Part shown: in pieces, positions 1 to 11,857 of the stretch
Layout: each line of letters starts with the position of its first letter
Position numbering within the stretch: the stretch's first letter is position 1
Source: Octopus vulgaris
Taxonomy: Eukaryota
Assembly: GCA_951406725.2 (NCBI GenBank)
Contig: OX597814.1
Location: forward strand, 104,532,001 to 104,596,000
Length of the DNA: 64,000 nucleotides
Direction of reading: 5' to 3'
Translations under genes and position numbers: made by a program
The notes under the pieces: generated by a model
What the model saw: only the letters and a program-made list of their open reading frames with translations
Told to the model about the DNA's origin: nothing
Databases searched by the model: none

Positions 1-99
1 TAATTAATTAGTTTTTCGTTAATTATTTTAATCATTATATTTTAGTTTTCTGTTTAATAAAAGTTTCGTTGTTTTTGTCCATCTTAATTCTCCATCCTT

Positions 100-280
100 G
101 GTTTTGCGTCGTCAGTGATATCATCATAAATCTTCTATATTCCCATATCTGGAACTCTTGTAATTTATTTGGTAATGCCTTTTGTGTTAATTATGTCCAT
201 ATTTCAGCTCCTTGTACGAGAATGGTTCATATAGAACACTTTTATAATGTTTTCTTGGCTTCGATGTCAATGCTGCGCTA
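100..280 (-). mobile_element. Decayed RTE/BovB-like LINE fragment (region C-terminal to RT)
   Basis: Manual minus-strand translation gives SIDIEAKKTL*KCSI*TILVQGAEIWT*LTQKALPNKLQEFQIWEYRRFMMIS, matching the RTE-clade pattern LLYG.ETWTLT..NKLEAFEMW.YRRML.IS. Several stops. Confidence 0.65.
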
Positions 281-482
281 AAAGAACATGGGAAATATTA
301 CATTGTAACTTGTAAATCTTATCCGAGAAAAAAATTCCAAAATACAAAAGGGAAATTAATTAACAGAAGGTCATAACTTCTTTCTGAGACCCTCGTCTCT
401 TAACAAAGAGATCAGAGATCATTTCCAACTCAGTACAACTAGTATAGTGAAAGGAGAAACGGGATGTGATGACGGTAATACT

Positions 483-945
483 GCGGCAAACTGGCAGAAC
501 CGTTAGAACGCTGGAGAAAATGCTGAGCAGCATTTAGTCCATCTACGTTTTGAGTTCAAATCCCGCCAAAGTCGATGTTGCTTTCCAACTTTTAGGGATC
601 GATGAAATAAGTACCTATTTCTTTACTACTCACAAGGAGCTAAACACAGAAAGGACAAACAAGGACAGACAAACGGATTAAGTTGATTATATCGACCCCA
701 GTGCGTAACTGGTACTTATTTAATCGACCCCGAAAGGATGAAAGGCATAGTCGACCTCGACGGAATTTGAACTCAGAACGTAGCGGTAGACGAAATACTG
801 CTAAGTATTTCACCCGCCGTGCTAACGTTTCTGCCAGGTCGCCGCCTAGATGAAATAAGTACCAGGTGAACACTGGGGTCGATGTAATCGACTCATCCCT
901 TCCCTCCTGAGATTGCTGGCCTTGTGCGAAAATGCGGAAACAAAT
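483..945 (+). mobile_element. tRNA-derived SINE (family A: GGCGGCGAGCTGGCAGAA head; central GCCTTTCATCCTTTCGGGGTCGATAAA..AAGTACCAG domain, Meta-domain-like), interrupted by a second copy
   Basis: Homologous to many copies in the window. Split at a 15-bp duplication GATGAAATAAGTACC (601-615 and 849-863). Confidence 0.8.
616..848 (-). mobile_element. Family A SINE, full length, nested in another family A copy
   Basis: Reverse complement of the 49626-49859 copy. Flanked by a perfect 15-bp TSD. Confidence 0.9.
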
Positions 946-1261
946 TAATAATGGTCACTCTCTCTCTAGGCCAGATATTAAAAAAGAAGTATTTATTTCA
1001 AGGCAGGCAAAGCAGTGAGGATGAAAATAAATCTGTTTACATTTATAGTTAACATTATTTTGTACATTTAAATGTGGAAAGACTTTCGTTTTAGTAATTG
1101 GCGCTGAAGAGGAATTCTTCTTAAAAGACACTGAGTTGGGTTAAGAGCGACGTCACAAAACTATAGGAGACGACGTGGTATGTGTGCTTCATCAACGAGA
1201 GACACCAAATCCGTCTTTCCGACTTAAAACACGCGCGAGCGCACACGCGTACACACACACA

Positions 1262-1303
<42 letters not shown>

Positions 1304-1364
1304 TAAACATGTATATATATATACACACACATAAACATGAATATACATACGTATATATGTAGCT

Positions 1365-1800
1365 TTTTTTTCTTACTTGTTTCAGTCACTAGATTGCGGC
1401 CATGCTGGGGCACCACCTCGAAGTATTTTTATCGAACGAATCGACTAAAGTGTTTATCATTTCTGTTTTTAAAGCCTGGTACTAATTCAATCGGTCTCCT
1501 TTGCCGAACCAATAAGTTACGAGGATGTAAACACACCAGACCCGGATGCAAATCGGAAGAGGACAAACACACACATGCGTACCCACACACATACACACAC
1601 ACGATACGCGTACACACACGTACACAGAGAGAGAGGGGACAAGTTTCTTTCAGTGTTTCATCTACTAAATCCACTCACAAGGCTTTGGACGGCCCGAGGC
1701 TGTAGTAGTAAACACTTGCACAAGGTGCCACGTAATGAGACTGAACCCTGAACCATGTGGTTGGGAAGCTTTCTTATTACCGCATACCACGTCTGCGCCT
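1365..1800 (-). mobile_element. tRNA/CORE-type SINE (family B, resembles octopus OR2-type)
   Basis: Reverse complement of the 26653-27055 copy, with a CORE-like CACCTTG.GCAAGTG segment, internal microsatellite and CAGCATGGCCGCA..ACTGAAAC tail. Confidence 0.8.
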
Positions 1801-2258
1801 ATACACACACACACACATACACACGCACCGATATACGCATACACACGCACACATATACGCATACACATATATAACTTTTAACGAAGAGCAGTCAGAGTTG
1901 AAAAAAAATGAATAAAAGTATTGAACAGTAAAATATGTCTTCATAGAATTGTCTTCATAGAATAATTGTGGAAAAGAGAAGAATTTTTGGCATTAAATCT
2001 TCTCCAATTGATCAGAGAAAGGAGGGATGAGAGGAAAAACCCTCTCTTCCCGGAAAGAACGAATGAAAAATGACGAAGAATAAAAATATCCATCAGATAC
2101 AGGCATGGTTGTGTGTTAAGAAGTTTGCTTCCCAACCACATGGTTTCGGGTTCAGTACTACTGAATGGTACCTTGGGTTAGTATTTTCTTCTGTAGCCTA
2201 TGTTCAGACCATGCAAAGCTTTGTGAGCGGAACTGGTAGATGGAAACTGAAGCCCGTC

Positions 2259-2297
<39 letters not shown>

Positions 2298-2402
2298 GAG
2301 GGAGATAAATTGAATATTAATTTAATTAATATCAATTTAAAACCAGTAGCTTATCGTATAAAAAATCTGAAAAATCAGAAAAAATTTCAATACATGTATA
2401 TA

Positions 2403-2543
2403 TTTAGGGAAACTAATAGGAGGATAACCATACGCTAGAAGAAGATCACATACGATCTAATTACTGGCGAACATTTTTTTTCTTTGTAGTTAGATCGTAT
2501 GTGATCTTCTTGCGTATGGTTATCCACCTAGTGGTTTCCCTAA

Positions 2544-2544
<1 letters not shown>
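2403..2544. repeat. Inverted repeat, ~60-bp arms, 21-bp spacer
   Basis: TTTAGGGAAAC..GATCACATACGATCTAATTAC (2403-2464) pairs with its reverse complement at 2486-2544, with a few mismatches and one 3-bp indel. Confidence 0.9.
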
Positions 2545-2574
<30 letters not shown>

Positions 2575-2577
2575 TAC

Positions 2578-2628
<51 letters not shown>

Positions 2629-2688
2629 TTCAAATGAATATGGTACTTAAGTTAGATTTTGTATGGTGTTATCCATCCATGGGGGGAT

Positions 2689-2746
2689 TATAATCAAAAT
2701 AAGCAACCAGAATATCTACCGAAGATATTCTTGTTGCTTATTTTGA

Positions 2747-2751
<5 letters not shown>
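2689..2751. repeat. Hairpin, 29-bp arms, 5-bp loop
   Basis: TATAATCAAAATAAGCAACCAGAATATCT / AGATATTCTTGTTGCTTATTTTGAGTATA, 2 mismatches. Confidence 0.85.
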
Positions 2752-2797
<46 letters not shown>

Positions 2798-2960
2798 TCA
2801 GTTAGAGGTTAAACTTGCCTATCCACTGAAATACTGGTTCATCACCTAGTATTTGTTGTGAATAATGATGATATTCATAAAATAATAGGTCTTTTTTAAT
2901 CATGATTTATAATCATTCAAAAGAAAATTAAGGAAATGGAGATATAACATTTAATAAAAA

Positions 2961-3083
2961 ATTATCTGCAAAAAATCCAACATATTCCCTTACAGCTGTT
3001 TCTATTAAGCCTAAAGATTAACATAGCAACTATTGTTAATTGAAACAGCTGTAAGCGAATATGTTGGATATTTTGCAGATAAT
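2961..3083. repeat. Inverted repeat, ~48-bp arms, with a decayed hammerhead-like motif in the spacer/right arm
   Basis: Arms 2961-3008 and 3036-3083 have 3 mismatches. Internal motif: CTAAAGA-TTAACATAG/CTATTGTTAA-TT-GAAA-CAGCTG-TA. Confidence 0.85.
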
Positions 3084-3089
3084 AAATTA

Positions 3090-3125
<36 letters not shown>

Positions 3126-3144
3126 ATATACATATATATATACA

Positions 3145-3217
<73 letters not shown>

Positions 3218-5014
3218 GTTTTGTTTCGTCTGTGTTCCCCTATCTATTTACCTATCTGTTTGTCTGTTACCCACCATCGCTTGACAGTCGGTGTTGTTTT
3301 TCTTCCCCTGTAACTTAGTGATTCGGCGAACGAGACCAACATAATACGTACAAAGTTTAAAAACGAAATAAGTGCTGGGGGCGATTCATCGACTAAAACT
3401 TCTTGAAGCTAGTGCCCCAGCATAGCCACAGTCTAAAAGAATAAAAGACACACAAAAGAATCCGTGTATCAATTCATATTTCTATATTGACTTTGGGAAA
3501 AAAATATTCTGTTATTTAGAATGGCCATGGGAATTTACGACTTCTTGTACTACTCCAAGACTAATAAATGGTGAAACAATTACAAAGGTTGATAGAATGA
3601 CTTAGATGGAACTGAAATCAATTGTTTGAAGTATGAATTCGACATCTCCAGCTTTGTTATCGGATCCTATTCGAAGTTTAAGCATCAGGTTAGACTGTTA
3701 AATGGAAGTGAGTCTGCAAGGTGGATTGGTATAAATATAACTTGCTATATTTAGTTATGTCCCTTTATATCCAGAGACAAGAATCCGGCGCTATCAACTG
3801 AGATCTTTAATCGTTCCAAAGGAGGGGTAATGATATTTTGAATTTGAACGGCTGAAGTTCCATGGATCTGTCAATTGTGATCTTATGTCGCCAGTGTGAG
3901 AAATTGATAAATAACCAGGAATACAAAATAACAATTTTGTCGAGGAAGATGAATAAGTATTGAATATATAATTATTGAATTGTAAATATATTAGTTTCTC
4001 ATTTAGCGAGATGCAACTCCAATGTTTGGAGAGGACAAAACAATGAATTGCAGGGCTTCTTAAACAAAAACTTTTAACTATTTTCCCAGCTGGACCCACA
4101 CTGTTCTAAATTATCTACTAAAACGTTTTGTGGTCTTTTATACTCCATATATTTGTTGAAAAGATAGAATATGTCGCCTCATTACAAATTTATATCAGCC
4201 GAGATTTTATCGATGAGCACAGAAAAAAGAAAAAAAAAGAACACGAACAAAAAACAATGAAGATGCGTCTTTAAACCATAAATTTCTGTTAAAAGAGATA
4301 AACTGCCATGACTCAGTAGTTTCGATGTTTAGACATTCAGGTTTCATAATATAAAGTTAGATTTATACTATTTCGGTGATGTTCAATTTTATACTTGGTG
4401 AAACATCACAAAATGGCCGTTATGTCGTTCTCAACAAAGAATTTTATTACTCTGCTGTTTTTAGCTATTTCCAGTTGTTCCACTGATGGACTTCATTCAT
4501 GGTTATTGGGAAGAATTGAAATAGAAACAGACGAACAATAGAATTCGTAAGATTAAATTTTGTGTGCCGTGACAAGTATTCAAATGTTTCGGGCAGAAGT
4601 CCTTCGTAGAGTTATTTACTGCTCCATACGGTTGTTCCATTTATGCCACTCAATCCTACTCTTGACTTCCATATTTTCACATGAGAGAAACCAATTACTA
4701 CTGACCCCTTATACTTTACTGAGATCTGTTTACCCTGAATTGCCCCCCACCCACTTCTCTTCGGGGTTTTCGACTTTCCTAACTTTAAAGGCTTGATGAT
4801 CGAAGAGGATGTTGCGGCAATGTTCATGTGAAGAACATTATAATAGTGCAGTTCTATATTTAAGAGATGAGGAATTATGTACATTATTTACATTATTTAC
4901 ATTTGACGGATATTTGTCCTCATCTTGTTTGTTAACACAACACGGGCATATGGCGTAGTGGTTAACAGCGCGGGCTGCTAACCCCAAGATTCCGAGTTCG
5001 ATTCCAGGCAGGGA

Positions 5015-5081
<67 letters not shown>

Positions 5082-5093
5082 AATAATAATAAT

Positions 5094-5203
5094 TTATTCT
5101 TTACTACCCACAAGGGGCTACATACAGAGGGGGCAAACAAGAACAGACAAATGGATTAAGTCGATTACATCGACTCCAGTGCGTAACTGGTACTTATTTA
5201 ATC
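5094..5203 (-). mobile_element. 3' fragment of a family A SINE inserted in the TAA tract
   Basis: Matches the tail of the copies at 616-725 and 18123-18240. Confidence 0.8.
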
Positions 5204-5255
5204 GTAGCATCGAAAATACCTTAGAAATGAGAACCCAGGTTCGAAATTTCCCAAA

Positions 5256-5301
5256 GACACCTGATGAAGGCTGGAGGTTATATCAGCCGAAACGTTGTGT
5301 T
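5256..5301 (+). ncRNA. Minimal type I hammerhead ribozyme motif (Penelope-type)
   Basis: GACAC-CTGATGA-A-GGCTG(GAGGTTATAT)CAGCC-GAAA-CG-TT^GTGTT. Helix I is GACAC/GUGUU, the core is intact, helix II is 5-6 bp, helix III is the palindrome AACGTT, and the cleavage triplet is GUU. Confidence 0.75.
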
Positions 5302-5513
5302 AACAACAAACAAGATGAGGACAATTATCCGTCAAATGTAAATAATATAAATAATGCATTATAATTGTAATGTAGATTTTTTCGGAGCCATTTTAATGGC
5401 TCCGACGAAACTATGGGACGTTGCACAAGCACTCAGCACTGAGTACACTCCAAACAGCAGGTACATCTGCAAGCTAATGAAATTATGTAACCCGTATTCT
5501 CTTCTCAGTTATT

Positions 5514-5553
<40 letters not shown>

Positions 5554-5629
5554 CGTGTATGAATGTATGTATTTGTATGCTCTCTATGTGCGTGTGTGAA
5601 TGTATGTATTTGTATGCTCTCTATGTAAT

Positions 5630-5830
5630 CTCACGTGACTGTTGGTGACTTTTTTTCCTCTTTCGTCTTGTATTTTTCTGTTTTCCCTGTTTCCGAAGAC
5701 GAGCTACGGATCGAAACGAAAAACTACTACTCATTTCCTTCTCTGAGCGTCTTAATACATTGCTCGTGTCACGTTCACACGTTTGTTTGTTTGTTTTTTC
5801 TTTTTCTCTGTTTTTTGGAATTGATTATCT
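5630..5830 (+). mobile_element. Short TA-anchored repeat (family H) with a mutated hammerhead
   Basis: GTTT-CCGAAGA-C-GAGC..GATC-GAAA-CG-AA-AAAC (5689-5724). Similar to 10588-10780 and 34235-34425, and ends in a TA run. Confidence 0.55.
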
Positions 5831-5915
5831 ATATATATATTATTTTGTTTATTAGGGAATAAAAAATTCCGGCGTCACAGGGATTCAAATAAAATAAATT
5901 ATTCTCGAAAAGGAA

Positions 5916-6487
5916 ATATGTTATTTAGAGATAGAAGTCCCCATGCAATTCATCATTGTTTATTTTTATCGTCACTGTATTATACATCATTGTTTTTTAT
6001 CATCACTGTATTATATAGTCCTTCAAATTATTATATCATCACTATTATATATTTTAATTTTCATTTCCACATATTATTAATTTATATGCATGTTTAGAGG
6101 CATAAGTCTCGTTTAAATTTAGATTTGTAAATTTTTAACTTTTAATTAATTAAATTATGGTTTTCACAGCAAGGTTCGGGGAATTGTTTTTGCACATACG
6201 CATATTTGTCTGATAATTACATTCGTAACTGTTAAAATATTGAAATATAGAAATTGGTATTGAATTATAATAAAGTTATCAAGAAGCCTGACGATTGGGA
6301 TTGCGTTTAAGAAATGTTCCTGTAAAAGACTGCGTGTTTAAGGAACGGCAAACGAGCCTCATGAAACACGTGTAGCAGAGAAATTTAAAAATGATTAGTA
6401 AGTATTAAAATAAGATTCTATTATATGGTGTGATGCATTTTAGGATTTAATGAATAGCATGGGGACTTCTATCTCTAAATAACATAT
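5916..6487 (+). mobile_element. Penelope-like tail remnant bounded by 38-bp inverted repeats, with two decayed hammerhead-like motifs
   Basis: ATATGTTATTTAGAGATAGAAGTCCCCATGCAATTCAT (5916-5953) vs 6450-6487, 1 mismatch. CTGACGA 6288-6294 ... GAAA 6311-6314, and GAAA-CACGTG-TA-GCAG 6363-6378. Confidence 0.6.
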
Positions 6488-6974
6488 ATATATATATATA
6501 TATTTAACACCAATTCTTTCTCAGTAAAGAAACTCCGTTCCTTTCACAACATTCATATCAAATCTGTTTAATATAGAACTAACATAAAAATGAAGCCATA
6601 AATATGAAATAAATACAGACACACACGCACTCACGCATACGCACAATCACACACACACACGCATACACCCTGGCAATATATAAACATTGACTCTTCTGCT
6701 GTCTGCTGACCTTAGGATGTGTCGTCTGCTCCTTCCATATGCCTGTGTGTCTTAGTGCTCAGTCTACATGTTTCTCTCTGTTGGTAGCAAAGTCGTCTCT
6801 TCTTACTCTGAATAGTAACATATGTTTGGTGTTGTTACCCCTATTCTTTCCCATTTTCTCTCTCTCCCCCTCTCTGGGTATTTCTCTCTCTAGTTATTCC
6901 TTTCTCACATACTCACTTACTCTCTCCCTTTCTCTCATTCTGCAGGAACAGATCTCTTTCTTTCTCTCCATATC

Positions 6975-7260
<286 letters not shown>

Positions 7261-8531
7261 CATATTTAAATAGGTATTCATATAGAAGCAGTGCTTAGAT
7301 ACCTTGCGAATAATAAAAAAAATCACTGCCTGTTATAGATTATGAACAAAGTATTTTGTGCTTATATCAAACATATTTTTCATCTACAAAACTGATAATT
7401 CGGTAAACACGCTGCCATGTCTCAAACTTATGTGAATCATGGAAGTTCGTATGTTCAGACATCGTCTGTTTCATTTATAGCTTTGATCAACCATGTCACC
7501 AATCCATTGCCGACATGGCGCTCACATTGTGGAAGACACTTAAAGTGGTGATACACAAAAATATTGGAGTCATCATGGTGTTAGCTTCCATAAATTAATG
7601 AACGAAATCTCATTGAAAGTCTCGTCATTCCAGTTAAAAGTTGAAAATCTCGTCTGTGCAGCTGTGTGACGTTGTTGATATCAGTAATTCGAGGTGGGGA
7701 AAACACTTATCTTTGTTTCTACTGTCCGCTCTAACCCTTCTCATGTTTCATTGTACATCGTCTGGAAAGAAAATAAATTTGTATAGATGGAAATATTGTA
7801 ACCCGTGTCCATATGTTTGAGCAAGCGGAGTGACGTACGAAGGTTTGAAGTATAATGATTAAACTGATTTGCTTAATAAGCAGAATTCCGGAATGTAAAT
7901 TAATAACAGGATAGAATTTAACAATGCACGAATTAGCCATCACAGAGGATGACATTGCAGCACACAAATCAAGAAATACACAAATATACAGCGTTCTCTC
8001 TCAAAACGTTCCCCATTCAAGAGACAAAAATGAAAAATGCTCTCGAAATATCTGAAAAAATCAAATGCAAATAACAACCAAAATCCTTTAAAAAATTACT
8101 TACCAGCACCGAATTACTAAAAACACAGCAAAAGTAAAAAAATACGGTCACTTTTATTGCGAAACTGGCATCAACCTTATAAAAGACACAGCTTATATAT
8201 TTAACCATGAGATGTTTTGATTCTAACGAAATATCGCTTCATCTGTCCGTCAAAAATTCAATTTATGTTATTTTATTTGAAGATTGTGACGACGATTACA
8301 TAAAAAAAAACAACTTATTTTGAGAGCTAGACTTATTCACAGCAACAATTCCGAGATCCTAATTACCTGACAAATTTAGCAAGTGAACATTTAGAATTAT
8401 GTGCAACATGCAAACCACCAAAATTTCTTGTCGTTTCGCACTGCATTTGTACTGACAAAATCACAGATCAAATACAGACGAATGCAGAACAAAAATATAT
8501 TATTAAATAACGACTGGTTAAGCAATAACAT

Positions 8532-8838
8532 GTGGAGGCATATGGCCTAGTGGTTAAGGCAGCGGACTCGCGGTCGAGAGATCGCGGATTCGAATCTCAG
8601 ACCGGGCAATATGTGTCTTTATGAGCAAAACACCTAAGCTCCACGCGGCTCCGACAGAAGGTAATGGCTAACTTCTGCTGACACTTTCTCCACAACTTTC
8701 TCTCACTTTTTCCTCCTGCATCTTGCAGCTCACCTGCGACGGACTGGCATCCAGTCCAGGTGGGGAACCTATACGCCAAGGAACCCGGGAAACCGGCCCT
8801 GATGGGCCAGGCGTGGCTCGAGAAGGGACAACAACTAA
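8532..8838 (+). mobile_element. tRNA-derived SINE (family C) with CORE-like and V-domain-like segments
   Basis: A box TGGCCTAGTGG; B box GGATTCGAATC; V-like CCTGCGACGGACTGGCATCCAGTCCAGG; (CAA)-type tail. TSD CAATAACAT at 8523-8531 and 8839-8847. Confidence 0.8.
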
Positions 8839-9127
8839 CAATAACATACCGGATAAATACATAGAGGTTCTCAACTGAGAATTTAAATCTCAAGCTCTTT
8901 ATAAAGAAATCTTTATAAGACTACAACCGGACCGTCTAAATTGAGTATTGACCAAAGGATTGACCAATCGCTTTCTTTAAACAGACGCTAAATTGATTGA
9001 TTGGCGGTACTATAAATGCCGTTAATGACGTCACGAGGAAATTAACCATTTAGAATTGATCAGCCCCGATACAAAACTATTCAGAACTACGAAAAAAGTA
9101 TGATTTTACTTCACTATTGCTTTTTAG

Positions 9128-10506
9128 GAATTGACATTTGGTGCATGGGGGAGTTTGAGGCAGCTGCCTTCATCTGCACCTCCTGCCGCGTAGTTGGTTC
9201 ATCTGGGACACTTGACAGTAAGATGTCCAGCTTTATTTTGAAGACACCTCATGCAGGTTTCTCAGGTCCTTCGGGAGGATATTGAAGAGCTGGTGATCTC
9301 TGAAGCCTAGGCTATTGCTGTATCTTGTCCTACACCTTGATGGCAAATTTGGAATCCTTAGCACTATGCAGTGGCGCCCAGTTCTAGTATTTGTGCAACT
9401 CTCGATGCCAAAGTTTGGGACAAGTCCTTTAAGATGTATAATATGGCATATCTTTCTCGCCTAGGCTCTAAGGAATAGAGTCTTAATCTCTTGAGTCTTT
9501 CCCAGTAGCTTATATGCTGCATAGAGGCTATCTTCTTCGTGTAGCTTCGTTGGATCGCCTCAAGTTCTGAAATTAATTTGACACTGGTTGGTGACCATAA
9601 CTGAGAGCAATAGTCAAAGTGGCTTAGGTCAAGTGTCCTCCAGAGGACCATCATGGTTTCTTGGTCTCTTGTTCTAAAGGTTCTAAGAATCCATCCGGCC
9701 AGCCGTCTACATTTCATTGCCAATTTAGCAACATGTACATGAAAGGTTGCATCATCACTCATGTAAATACCCAGGTCACGCACTGATTGTGCCTCTGGGA
9801 TTGCAATCCCTCCAGGTCCACTGTATTCATTGGGTATTGCATTTAGTTTTGCATGCAGATAGCATAAAGCTTGAAACTTTTCAGCATTGAACTGCATGCT
9901 ATTCTTTTCAGCCCACTTGTATATTTAATCCAACTCACATTTCAGGTGCATAGAATCTTCATGGTTCTGTATTACCTGTGAGAACTTTGTATCATTTGCA
10001 TAACTTGTGATCGTGGCTCTCTGTGTGGATGAGGGCATGTCTGAGAGGGCCATTATGAACAGTAGTGGTCCCAAAACAGTGTTTTGCGGAACACCGCTCA
10101 CTATTTGCGTGTTAATGGAAGTGGCTACTACCACCTGACCTCTATCCTTCAGAAAGTCATGAAGCCATTCTCCCAATTTTCCAACTATGCCAAGATCACG
10201 CAGTTTGTGACATATCATTCTATGATCGATTTTATCAAAGGCCTTTGCAAAGTAGAGATATATCACTTCCACATTTGAGTGGTTGAGCAGTTGTTTCAGT
10301 ACCCAGTCGTATTGTAGGAGTTGAGTTAGGCAGCTTCTTTCTGGTTGGAAACCATTTTGGGTGCCAGGCAGCAAGTCATTTTCTTCAAGGAAGGCGATTA
10401 GTTTTCTTCTGACTATTCGTTCCATGACCTTGCTGATGTGTGAGGTCAGAGATATAGGTCTGTAGTTCTTGGCCTCCGCTCTGCTACCTCCTTTATGAAT
10501 AGGGCT
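9128..10506 (-). mobile_element. 5'-truncated CR1/L2-group LINE, reverse transcriptase pseudogene
   Basis: ORFs 9925-10578 and 9364-9897 contain [58 protein letters not shown] (degenerate YADD), RDLGI, DYCSQLWSP, LEAIQR and LYSLE.RRER. There is a frameshift between the ORFs. Confidence 0.92.
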
Positions 10507-10587
10507 ACATACATACATACATACATACATACATACATACATACATACATACATACATACATACATACATACATACATACATACATA

Positions 10588-10780
10588 CCGCGTGTGTATC
10601 GTTGGCGATTTTTTTCCTCCGTCTTCCCTTCCTTGGATCTTTCCTTATCCTATGTTTCTGACGAAGAGTACCGCTAGAAACGTTAAAATCCTCCTTCTTT
10701 CTTTCCTTTCCTGAGCGTCCAGTAACACTATACTTGTTCCACGTCCTCGCGTTGTTGTGTTTTCATGTTTGGATTAACTA
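10588..10780 (+). mobile_element. Family H TA-anchored repeat with a hammerhead core
   Basis: TTT-CTGACGA-A-GAG(TACCG)CTA-GAAA-CG-TT^AAA (10655-10687). Ends GATTAAC + (TA)n. Confidence 0.6.
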
Positions 10781-11779
10781 TATATATATATATATATATA
10801 TTCACGGAGGTGTACATTTTAGTTAGCTGAGTACATGGAGTGAGGAAAACAGTGATTAAAGGAAAGATAGAAAAGGATAAAAAGCAGAATATAAAAAATG
10901 CCGTCGCACAGATTCCGTTTCTTCGAGGTTTCCCGTCATAGCCACGATGAAAATGTCTTTTACTAAAGAAGCGTCATTTATTTAACAAAGAACACTGGTG
11001 TCATCGCTGCTAATTGAACCCGTCATAACTGGGTTGGTGAATGATTGGAGAGATATTTTTGATCGCCGCTGGGAAATCTTTGACTAATTTTAGCGGTTTT
11101 GCTTGATTGAACATATAAAATCGATATCAACTGAAATTGCGATTGGTCTATCGGACAACTGAAGCTGGAAGTTCTGTCGTTATATTCGATTAGCGCTATA
11201 TCTGATCTGTACACGAACACACGCACACATGTACGCACGCACACACACACACACGCACACAAACACACGCACACATTCCCATACACACACACATTCCCAT
11301 ACACACACACACATTCCCATACACACACACAGGCAAATACACACACACACACACACACACAGAGAACACAAATATACGAACACCTACACACAAGCAAACA
11401 TACTGAACTACAACAGCATGCACACACATGCACATGTACGCACGCATGTACGTGTTTACGTATAGGAACAAATACATAGACCTATATAAAACCACACGTA
11501 CATAACTTTGCACACAGCTACAGTATCATACCCACACACACAAATACACACACATAGTCACATGTGCGAAGACATAGGCCTACACTTATATTCTCAATTA
11601 AGCATTTAATACATAAATGTACATCCAAACTTGCGCGTTTATCGTGGGAAATAAAGAGAAAGAGAGAGAGAGAGAGAGAAAGGGAGAGAAAGCGTGAGAG
11701 AAAGGGAGAGTGGGGAAAGAGAAAGAGAGAAAGAAGCATTTACATAGTCGTCGAGTATACCTACACTTTTGTATTTTCG

Positions 11780-11857
<78 letters not shown>

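Larger units (their letters stand above)
2098..3450 (+). mobile_element. Family B SINE split by insertions into its internal (TA)n tract
   Basis: The 5' half (2098-2262) and 3' half (~3200-3450) match the two halves of the 26653-27055 copy. About 0.9 kb of TA runs and hairpins lies between them. Confidence 0.7.
4849..5356 (+). mobile_element. Composite non-autonomous retroelement: inverted tail + tRNA-like head + (TAA)n + hammerhead-containing tail
   Basis: A box TGGCGTAGTGG 4951-4961; CTGCTAA anticodon-like loop 4975-4981; B box GAGTTCGATTCC 4994-5005; hammerhead 5256-5301. About 4880-4941 is the reverse complement of 5294-5356. Candidate TSD CATTATAAT at 4836-4844 and 5357-5365. Confidence 0.7.

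Noticed and set aside
3794-4099. 101-aa complex minus-strand ORF
   Set aside because: It has no recognisable motif or splice context and is compatible with chance.
4944-5017. Functional tRNA-Ser(GCT) gene
   Set aside because: There is no proper acceptor stem, only a 3-bp anticodon stem and no long variable arm. Treated as a SINE-type head.
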